Below the pieces are notes generated by a model. The model was not told where the DNA came from. It made no database searches and worked only from the letters and a program-made list of their open reading frames with translations. Of a stretch of 64,000 bases of DNA, positions 1-10,907 are shown piece by piece. The stretch is taken from contig CM120642.1 in assembly GCA_051362555.1 (NCBI GenBank), positions 17,546,001 through 17,610,000 of the forward strand. The letters are read 5' to 3'. Source of the stretch: Lingula anatina (taxonomy: Eukaryota > Animalia > Brachiopoda). Within the stretch, counting starts at the first letter, position 1. Every line of letters starts with the position of its first letter. A program made the translations under genes and the position numbers.

Positions 1-1761
1 GGCCATTTTATTGACTGCTTTCTGTCAGAAATGAAAATATCAACTGCAACACTTGTCACGTGTGGAAGGTTTTAACAGGGAGCAAAAATAGGTTCTGAAC
101 TGAATGTAAGAATGCCGGTCACTACGGTGGTAGATATTGACATTAAGTGCATTCAGATAACAGTTGGCAGTGAACATCAAAAGATGCAGGCTCAACTAAA
201 CTCTCCAAGAACATCCAAATACAGAGCGCATTGGATTTTTAATGCAGCACTCGCGTAGGCCTACTTCTGAAAGTCTCCAGAAATGATGTGAGTATTTTTT
301 TTTTTCGTTTTATCAGTCTAGAGTGTCATAGTTTTTTAAGGTGAATGTATTTTAGGCATTGATATGTTGGTAAATAAATTTCCTTTTTTGCACTTTCACA
401 AAAGCGTATGTTAAATGCTAATTGCTCGCTCACAGCAACAGATGTTTCTATAGGCTACTGAAGCAACGTGTCTTTGACATTTTTTTTTATTAAATTAAGG
501 CAGGTAATAGCTGTAAATTATCATGTGCTTTGGATAATGAGCCTGTCAACATGAATTCATAGTTCAATTAAGTTTTCCACCAAGTTTTTAAGGCGTATAT
601 AGATATTAAGTTTAACCATGCCTGTATCCAGCAATTTCAAAAGAAGGTTCTTTTTCTGAAAAAGTGATTCATTTAATTACCATAAAACCTTCATGCACCT
701 AGATCAGTTTTGATCCAGAGCAGACCTTTTCCTGATAAAAAGGGTGGATCATTCAATAATATTGAATAAGTTAAGTTGTTGCTGCCATTTAGATTTAATA
801 AAAATTAAGACCACAGTTCCATAACAGGCCATATTACCCTTGCTGGTTTTTGTATTTTCAACAATCTGGCTAAGCAATTGTTTGCTGTCTTTTGAATTAT
901 GCAATTCCTATGCAGCTAAGAGAAGGCACACATCCAACTCAGTTAACTTATCTGAAATATTTTTTTTAGTGAATCCCCAAGTAATGCAAGGCAGGCAATG
1001 TATAATTCCACCTCGCAAGTAGTGGAAGACTTCAATCTTTGTCTTCGGGCTGGACAGGCCAAAAATCTTGGAAAAAGCATAGCAGAGACACTGACAGAGG
1101 AGCTATGGTATAGAAGCCCATATGCAGAGTGAGACTGGCTAGTTTAGTGCAGCTGCCATAGTGACCATTTAAGGAAGGCCATTTAATAAGATGATTCTCA
1201 AACTTATTGAAAGATTCAAAGGTCTGAAATATAGCCTGATTGGATTCTTTTTATGGAAGTTATGCTGTTTTTATGAAATGGTCATTTTTCATATACATGT
1301 ATTGGTATTTTCAGTGTGGGACTTGGAACTCACATGGGCATGAAGCCATATTGTTTCTGGATGACCATGTTACTTGAAGTAGATAATTTAAATTTGATGA
1401 ATTTCCACTTAATCATTAAATCATACATAATATTGCATCAAGATTAACAAAAAACTGTTTTGTGCACTGCCATCGTGAATGCATAGAAAGGCAAACTGTG
1501 TTTTTTGTTTTGTAATTTACAAGAATGATTCGTTGAATTGACATTCATTTAGACAAATAAAACATTGAAAAGGAATTGCTGTTTTTATCCAAAAATTGCT
1601 ATACCGTGTTAAAACCAGTATTTACCATTGTTTAATGTAGTTTTGAAAATGAGTAACCAAAAATTGATTATTTTGAAAAATATTTTTTATTTTTTTCCCC
1701 CCTCCGACCTCTGACAAAAATAAAAATCGTTCGAGAAACAGGTAATTTAAAAAAAACTGCC
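1..1761. mobile_element. Right-hand part of a TIR DNA transposon (ends ...AAAAAAACTGCC|TAA; Zator/Harbinger-like end)
   Basis: Homology to the paralogous flank at about 61600 starts abruptly at 1762 (TAACACAAAGTACTTGGTTTTGCTGGGGATG). A CC terminus followed by TAA fits TWA-targeting elements. The left end is outside the window. Confidence 0.35.
970..1133 (+). pseudogene. Possible terminal coding exon of unknown protein, probably inside the transposon that ends at 1761
   Basis: Polypyrimidine tract and AG, then an open frame ESPSNARQAMYNSTSQVVEDFNLCLRAGQAKNLGKSIAETLTEELWYRSPYAE*. No recognisable domain. Confidence 0.25.
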
Positions 1762-2111
1762 TAACACAAAGTACTTGGTTTTGCTGGGGATGCTTTTCGG
1801 TCCCGCACTCCTTTATCAAAATAGTTTCGCGACTTTTCTCTGGTCCGCCCGGCGCCCTCTGGTTATAAACATCTCAGATGGAGATCACTACACTAACTGT
1901 ATATGTCTCTGTCGCTTTTGGTGACAAATGTCCTTCTTGTCATTCCTTCTTCAGTATATAGCCGACACTTTCCGTATGCATCCTGTCAATCTTTTACCTG
2001 ATAATATTCAGGGATCTTAGTCAATAACTTTTATGATGATTGTGCAATTCAAAATTTGGGAATTTAAAAATATTTAACAAAAAATGTTTATTAGCTTGGT
2101 GGTTGTTCATA

Positions 2112-2710
2112 TAGAGCGAGAAAACAGCATACTACGTACATATCGATTATTTAAAACAAATTATGAAAGGGAAGCGTACACAACAGCACCTATACCAAAA
2201 CATGAAATGCAAAATTTGGCAAAATTTAGAACAGGGGCACATGACTTAGAAATCCAAAGAGGCAGATACCGAAAACCAAAATCAATACCCCCTGAAGAAA
2301 GGATCTGCAAGTTATGCTCAGATGAAGTGGAAAACGAAATACACTTTCTTTTAAAATGCCCCTTACTCACCAAACACAGGGAGATCCTAAAACCAGATCC
2401 TACACAAACCCCAGAGGGTCAGTTCAAATGCATAATGCAGTCAAACGATTTACATGTTATAAAGAATGTGGCCCACTACATCACAATGTGTAATAAGGTA
2501 AGAAAAAATATTCTCAACCAACCACCACCTAGTCAACCAAAGTAACGAGCGTATACTGCAATTGTAAAATCTGATCACAGTTATTGTATAAACAATATTG
2601 TAATTTACTATTGTAATTTTAGTTATATGATTATATTATGTATACTGTTAGGTCATAGTCATTGTAAAAAATGTACTTGAACCGCAATAAATAATAATAA
2701 TAATAATAAT
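2112..2710 (+). mobile_element. 5'-truncated non-LTR retrotransposon (LINE) ORF2 C-terminus with (AAT)n tail
   Basis: ORF 2084-2545 contains LAKFRTGAHDLEIQRGRY and the zinc motif CKLCSDEVENEIHFLLKC typical of LINE ORF2 ends. AATAAA and an (AAT)n tail lie at about 2686-2710. The insertion is absent from the paralogous flank at about 62405. Confidence 0.85.
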
Positions 2711-3869
2711 ATATGATAATTATAAAAACAAAAACAAAAAAAAAAACAAGCTGGAATATTTTCATACCGTTGGCTCATGGCCAACCTTGAGGTAGGGCTT
2801 CAACAGACTGATGTGAGTAGATGTTATAACTCACTGACCACTTAGTGGTGTAGCGGCCAGGACACAAATGTTTTGTTCAAATTAATATTTATGTTACGTT
2901 ATTTTATTATTTTATTCATTTGCCAAGAACATGGACGCTTGCACCATGATCGATTCTTCAAGGTGATAACTGATAGAAAGTTCTTATATCAGCATCATGG
3001 TTCTGACACTTAATTGTCTCACAGTCAGAATAAAGTGTTTAGCCCTCAGTATTTGTTGTTTCTGTTATTTTTATAGTGTATAGCGCGAGTGTCACGGCAT
3101 TAAATATTACGTAACAGCGGTTTAAAACATAAACTATACTGATGTTAAATACGGTGATATAACAGTATGTATCCTTGCTTTGTTAATTGCATTAGTCCTT
3201 TGATATTTAAAGTGAGCGTTTTGTACTAACCCATTGTTAGGCATATTGTTATATCTGATATGTCAGAAAAGATTAACTAGTAACTGCACTCTTTCAAAAT
3301 AATGGTTTTATATAACCTGTATTTCTCTTTGATTTCTACAGAGGTACAGAAGGTAAAGGAATGTCCATTAAATTGAAAGGACACCACCAAATGTCGCCAA
3401 ATTTACACACAATTATCATTAGAATATGCTCGATATAGGTTCCATGTCTAACAGCGTGTGTCTACCCGTGCAGCGGTTGCAAAAAAAATCAACTGTCAAG
3501 CAATTTAATGGCTCTTAAGGGCTGGATGTTTCCGGTAATGCCAACAAAATGTAGATATTATACGTTAATTATATCCTTAAAATTCAGTTCATTTTAGGAA
3601 ATACAACTAAAGGACTTATTTTCAGCAATAAAACACATGCGTGTAGTCTCAATCTCTACGGCCCTTTTCTGTTGAGCGATACACTTTTCTATACCAGTTT
3701 AACTGGTCTGAACACACAATTACGCTGTCGGGGGTTTAACCCCCCCCCCCCCCTCCCCATACCACAAGCCCCATTGTACCAAGCAAAATTAATCCAATAA
3801 ACTTGCTGTATAGAGCGCAGGGGCTCCGTTAAGGATATTGCATCCCTTTGCCAAAACACCTTATTTACA

Positions 3870-4153
3870 CCCGCACGAAAATGCAGTAGTATCGAAGTAG
3901 CAAAGAAGCATTAACGCAGTAGTGGTGTGGAGCATATTTGCAGTAGAAATGCAGTGTAGCCTACTGCAATTCTACTTCAAAAATTACATAGGGTTGTACA
4001 GAGGAGGAGCATTAATGCAGTAGATTAGCAGCATGATAGAAGCATGTTTCAAATATGCTAATTAGCTCCCACATCGAAGCAGATTTGAAGCATGTTTGCA
4101 GTATGATTGCAGTAGTCTACTGCGCTGGAGTATCTACTTCGTTTTCGTGCGGG
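3870..4153. mobile_element. 284-bp MITE with CCCGCACGAAAA TIRs and 2-bp TSD (CA); EnSpm/CACTA-like non-autonomous element
   Basis: Perfect 12-bp TIR, CA on both flanks, internal GCAGTAG/GAAGCAT repeats. Empty site at about 63591-63607 (CTTATTTACTACCTTAC). Confidence 0.85.
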
Positions 4154-4754
4154 CAACCTTACAAACATTCTTTTGGATAACAGATAAATCTTTAGTGTTC
4201 AGTGACTACGTTAATTAACATTTTCGCGTATGGCATCTTACTGGTGACGTCATAATTACGATTTGGGGGTAAAAATAAGAAAACCGGTTTCTCAATTTTC
4301 ACCTCTACCTAAGCACCAACGAATACCGTTTGAATGCCAAATTAATGAGACTATTCATTATTCTAAAACCTTGTCACCGATTTTTCTTAAAATTCTCAGT
4401 TCAGATTTTATCGTTAATAAAGCAAAACTGCCTTTGTTTAATGAAAATCTGCAATTATGGGCTCATAAATTTATAACAAATACATTTAAACCAAAATGAC
4501 GGCAAGAGATTGTGACCCATACAATTGTTGTAAACTATGCCAATTTTGGTGATACAATCATGTTCAGGGATAAAGTTACGCCCCATTACGATTACTGCAG
4601 GAAGAACCTCATTTTCAGTATCGATGACAAAAAAGGATTACAACATACCTCAAGGCGATCTCTCTTTCTTAACTGTCTTTCAGACTGGTACCGCACAGAA
4701 AAGTGTACCACTCGAGATGAAAAGGGTATTTAACTCTGTCAATATTTTAACCAA

Positions 4755-5362
4755 TCAATCAGACCTGACGTCGCAGTTTTTACCTGCGTAGCCAGGGTCA
4801 CAGTCACATTTATAACCGTTAACCAAATCAATACATATCCCATACCAGCATGGCCAGCTGTCGCATTCGTTAACTTCATTCTCACACTTCATCCCGATGA
4901 ACCCCGTCTTGCAGCGACACACATGACCGTCACTGGGACTGTAGTCACATCTACCACCGTTCTGACACAGGCATCGCTCACAGTGGGCCCCGGTCCACAA
5001 TTTTGGGCACGTGCACTGGAATGTTCCATCGAGTCGTGTGGTACAGCGTCCGCCGTGAAGACAGGGAGAACTGGCGCAAGGGTCTACACGGGTTTGGCAG
5101 TGGGTTCCTGTGTGGGTGGCCGGACAGGTGCAGTTGTATCCCCCAAGCTTCTGTTCGCAAGTGGACCCATGCTGACATGGGTTGGGCTGACAGAAATCGA
5201 TTAGGTTCTCACAATACTTGCCAGAGTGAAATGGAGGACATATACATTGGAAGTCACCAAGCTGTTTTTTAAATGTACCGGTAGCGCCATAATCAGTCTC
5301 CTTGCATTGTGCGCCGTTTTTGCAGGGATTTAAAGAACATGGTGTTGTTGTAGATGTACTTC
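4755..5362 (-). CDS. Copy A terminal exon, 5 EGF-like repeats
   Basis: Acceptor TTTACAG|GA, open frame [20 protein letters not shown]...CDVRSD*. Paralog of ORF 36626-37279. Confidence 0.85.
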
Positions 5363-8300
5363 CTGTAAAAAAAACAACATTAAATTGATCCCAGTCAGGG
5401 CATGCTTATAAATCATCCTATAATTAAAAGACGAGTGTCTATTTTTTAAAATAGTTAAGACTCATAAAACGAGGAACTTTAGTAATTATAAATTGCTGTC
5501 AATGTTCTAAATGCATATTTGTTATTTTTTCGCCAACATTTCCCCAGCTGTCTCTTTAAATCCTGTAAACACGAAATGGCTTTTATAACACATCCCTGAT
5601 AAGTGTGGTAAATTTACTCTCTTAAAACCCTCTTAAAGTGTATTTAGAAGGGACATGCCACATGTACATACACGTGAGATACAAACTTGTGTGTAATACA
5701 TGTAGTAAAACAGTACTAGTACAAGGTATTATGGGCCATTGTGCCATATTATCTAATTGTGTTTCCATATTTTTTATGATTTCTGATGGTACACAGCACC
5801 TTTGGGCATTTCTACGTTTTATTCCAAAATACTGTCCACGAGTTTGCTTCCTGTCGAATTGATAACTTGTAAAATTGTGACTGTGGACAGTGGACTACTA
5901 GCTTGCGTCTTGCCCAAATGCTACGTTTTTTAAAGAAATAATGTTTAAATGGAAATGTGAACTGTACCTTGCGTATATTCGTCCCTATATCCTTATTTCT
6001 GACACAGTTATACACATAATTATCACCTATTATTAATAAAATTTAATTTACCTATAGGTATGTCCAGCCTTTATTCCCGGCCTGTCCAAACGTAGAGGAT
6101 GTTTTGAATCATGCAAAAAAGTTACTAAAATGGCTGCTAAGGACAGCACTAGCATGCCCCCCATGCCTATGGTAAATATACTTATCATGCCAATATAAAC
6201 CATTTATCAGTGCGATATTGATAAATACCTAAGAATTATGAGCTCCAGTATATTCAGTCCCCATGTTGTTTTCTATCACTTACCATTGGGTCGAATGCAT
6301 CTATAGCCCCCGTTAAAAGGTTGACACATCACTGGTTGTCCTGGTTCTTTTTCTGGGCATGGGTTCGGATCACAAGGATCTTGAAAACATTAGAAATACA
6401 CGTGATGCCAAATGTTTAATCATTTATATATACTAGCTCATTACCATAGAGATGATGAGAAAATAGTTAAATCTAATACTAATTGAAACGGAGACCCCGT
6501 CGACCCAACCTTATCGCAATATCTTCGGGTCAACTGATGTTGAGTTGTTACCAATGACTCGTGGTGACGTTCTGCCCTTGACTTTGTAGAAGACCCTGTC
6601 ATAAGGTCGAAACGTCTTCATCTCAATTTCAACGTAAGATTTAAGTTTTGTTTTCTCATTAACGCAGTATAATCTAACTTGATAATTTAAGTTCTCACTT
6701 TCAATTCATTTCCAGTTTCATTATCTTTGTAAAGTTAGAACAAATCAAATGGTTACTTTAAATAATGTACATTTCTTACATATTCAATGTCTTATCCAGC
6801 TAGCTTAAAATTCTACTTGGTACTAAAAGTAGGTTAACGTCTTTTTTTAGACAAATAATTTTATCCAATTTTAAGATGTACGTATACTCCTTTAGCCAAT
6901 GCATTTATACCCACCTTTTGTCGCCTTTGTAACCGTCGTGGTGGGCAGAGTCGTGGTGGTACTGGTAGTTAGTAATACTCCACACGTATCTCCACTGTAA
7001 CCAACAGGACAAATACAGGCGTATCCGTCCACCTTATCCACGCATGTACCATCATTTAAGCACGGGTTGGAGGAACATTCATTAATGTCTATCAGGCAGG
7101 TTGGCCCCGTATATCCAGTCTGACAGAGACAAGTAAAACTATCCATTCCGTCGAGACACAGTCCTTTGCTGCAGGGGTTAGACGCACATTCATCGACGTT
7201 TGTCTGACAGTTAGTCCCTGTATAACCAACTGGGCAGTTGCACGTGTACCCGTTTGCACCATCCAGACAGGTACCCCCGCTACCACATGGATTAGATGAA
7301 CATTCATCGACATTGGATTCACAATGCAAACCAATATATCCCGCTAAACAATTGCATTTGTACCTGTCAATATCGTCGGTGCAAGTTGCGCCGTTCTTAC
7401 AAGGGTTGGAGGCACATTCGTTTATGTTGATTTCGCATGTTGGACCAGCTAAACCAGAGACACACATACAAGTGAAACTGTTTATACCATCGAAACAAAG
7501 ACCATTCTTACACGGATTAGAGGCACACTCATAGATATCAGTCTCGCAGTTTGATCCAGTAAAAACGGACGGGCAATTGCAGATGTATCTATTGATTGCA
7601 TCTTTGCAACTGCCGCCATTTTGGCAAGGGTTTGATTTGCACTCATCAACGTTAGTTTCACAGATAAGGCCGGCAAATCCAGGTTTGCATCCACATGTAA
7701 ATCCATTCACACCATCAATACACGTTGCACCATTCATGCAAGGGTTAGAGGAACATTCGTCGATATTAGTGTCACATGTACGTCCATGAATTCCAGTTTT
7801 GCATGAACATGTAAATCCATTCACACCATCAATACATGTTGCACCATTCTTGCAAGGGTGAGAGGCACATTCATCTATATTTGTTTCACAGTGGACACCG
7901 GTAAAACCAGCTGGGCAGGTGCATATGAATCCATTGACTCTGTCGACACATCCACCTCCATTTTTGCAAGGACCAGAGGCACACTCGTCGATGTTTGTTT
8001 CACAACGTTTGCCAGTGAAACCTGCCGGACAGATGCACGTGTATCCATTTACTGCATCTATGCAAATTCCTTTGGGACATGGGTTCGAGGAACATTCATT
8101 TACATTCAAACTGCAAGTTAAACCCGAAAATCCCGTTATGCATTCACAAACGAATCCATTGATTTTATCTTTGCAGACGGTACCATTTTTGCAAGGCTGG
8201 GAGGCACATTCGTCTATATTTGTTTCACATTGGACACCGGTGAACCCAGCTGGGCAAGAACATTCATATCCATCCGCAGTGTTTGTACATTTACCGCCAT

Positions 8301-10864
8301 TTTGACATGGGGATGTATAGCACTCTGGAATGGATGGAAATTGACCCTTAATATGTGATACTACCATATATCATCTTCGTTTTTGAATCCGTATTTACTT
8401 AATAACTAGCTAACTAGGATATTGCTGTTACCTTACCAAAAAAAAAAAATATATGTATATGATTCTCCTCTGTTAAACTCATAAAAATCTCTTCAAAATC
8501 GTTAATAAAGTAAAAAAATTCTTCATTTGATACTTATCCACAAAAATCATCTAAAAGCGTTTAGAAAGCCAAAAACATTTTGATTTTGTTTGCACAAAAA
8601 CATAAAGTATACCTACGTCTCTTTTCACAGTTGCTGCCATGAAAGCCAGAAGGACATTCACACGTATAACCAGTGTTCTCTGCGGAAGTCGCATTCCCCT
8701 TCGGTTTAATGAAAGCGACGATCAGCCCCGGGATCAAGCTGCCTTTACTCCATTGGCTTCTTTTATCATCAGCCTCCTTGCATTTTCCGCCGTTTTTACA
8801 GGGGTTTGAAGAACAGATCGTTGCTGTAGATGTTGGTTTTGAAGTTGTACTTACTGTAAAAATGATTATAATGATAATAATACACACTATATCCAGCAGT
8901 GAGGACGGAGAGCCACTATAATAATAATTCACCCGATAAGATGTTATGGTGTTGAATTAAGTCGCCATAACTTAACTGAAAATACACCTTAACAGTGCTG
9001 GGTTTATAATTTGGTCAAATACAGTGCAATTAAATGTAAGTTAATTAATCTCATTGGGATCGAATCGTACACGTACACACACTTGTACAACAACCGAGAA
9101 TGACTCGAGAGTTTGAAATTTCAATTATTTTACATCGAATTTATAACTTATTTTGAAAAGATCGTGACGTAAGACAAAGGTTATTGAAAAAAATCCCCCT
9201 CTGCCTTAAATTTGTTTTGGGGTGGTCGGCTCATGCCTTGGTTTAACTACCTCTAATCAAAATAACACGAGCCAAGGCTGGGCCCCTGGGGACGTGTGTT
9301 TTGACAGCGCCCCTAGTTAAAAGCTTTGAGATTGTTTGTGGGACGCTCGGGTTTGAGAGTTAATACTCTAATTCCTTTGGATTTTCCTCCGTTACGCTTA
9401 TGTGAAGGAGTGATATGATATGTCCGTTTATAGATATATCTGTTGGAATGAATGTGCGTAGCCGTGTACAGCGTACTGCGTGAGGCGTCTCACCTCAGCG
9501 TGGTGTAGAAAGAGACGTCTCACCTCTGTGTGAGAGTGACCAGAGAAAGGCTGTACGAGAGACGCACAGCCTGGAGGGGGAGGGGGGGACTGGTTGCACC
9601 AGTCCACCCTCCCCCTTCTCTCGACAGGCGAGACGCCTCTATCGTGCCAATTACGAAATGCCCTTTTCAGGGCACCCTATGTATATCGGTATCTATAAAT
9701 CTCATACTACATGTATGTAGGCGAGACACCTACCTGCCTATCAGAGACGATCTTTCCTCAGAATAAGGGCGAGAAGCCTAACACACTCTAAAAGCCGCTC
9801 TCAACTCTGCAAGGGGCGCTGTCAAAACACACGTCCTCGGAGGCCCAGCTCTGAATCGTGTTATTTTGGTAAAGTGGAATCTAACTAGGGCATGAGCCGA
9901 CCACCCCCAAACCCCTCAAACATTTTATCTTTTTTTTTCATCTCGGACTCTGCAGCTGATGAAGGTCACATGTTGACCGAAAATCGCTTTCTGCAACCAG
10001 TCCACCCTCCCCTCGACAGGCGAGACGCTTCTATCGTGCCAATCACAAAATGCCCTTTTCAGGGCACCCTATGTAGATCGGTATCTATAAATCTCATACT
10101 ATGTAGGTGAGACACCTACAGTAGAAATAATAATTATGTTTCCGTTGTACGACGTTTTAAAAACGTCAGAATGTTTTAATCCCTATCCTGTGAATAGAAG
10201 GGGGCGGACAAACAATGGAAAGCCGTCTAATCCCTTCAAAATTCGAACGCAAAAACACAATAGTTTAGGCGTAATAACACACAATACCTTGGCGAGTGAA
10301 CCCCATGACGCCTGTTTCTGAGGTCCAGCGCGAGCGCGACAATCCGCTGTGACTAGGTGTAATTAACAGCAGGATACATCAGCCAGAAGGTGCCCATTGT
10401 TTGTTGCGGCGATAGGATTATAGCTTTAAGATGCTAGAACCCATGCTAACGCGTGTCACTCCCGTGGCCACCTATCCTTATGTTCACTAGCTTGGCACGC
10501 GCAGCTGATCATGTTTTTAGTGTTGCAAGATAACTGCTAATTTAATTTAGTATCAGTTATTTAATTCAATATGAAGTGTTCTGTGGTCAAAAATTGAATT
10601 TGATAAACATGCATGAGCATCGTACATCAGCATGATCAACAAATCACCCCGTCTCAAAAAGTTTAAAGATGCTCCGTACACAAATTTCCATCATCGCGAC
10701 CTGTGTAAAAATAGATTACTGTTTAGAAATAACAAAGAAAGAAACATTATTAAAACAATTTATTCACATAACAAGCGGACGTGTTGCCTCAATTACTACA
10801 TTAAGTTACATTTTATATAAAATAATAGAGCGAATCCGTAAAAGGATAATAATAGAAATCTTAA

Positions 10865-10907
<43 letters not shown>

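Larger units (their letters stand above)
1762..4390. repeat. Segmental duplication, paralogous to about 61597-63752
   Basis: Long colinear similarity, e.g. CCACTTAGTGGTGTAGCGGCCAGGAC and GTCAGAAAAGATTAACTAGTAACTGCAC occur in both. Confidence 0.9.

Noticed and set aside
6585-6625. Second hammerhead-like motif (GAAGACC...GGTCGAAACGTC; also about 38468-38500)
   Set aside because: The CUGAUGA core is degenerate (TTGTAGA) and stem I is not evident; at most a dead relic.
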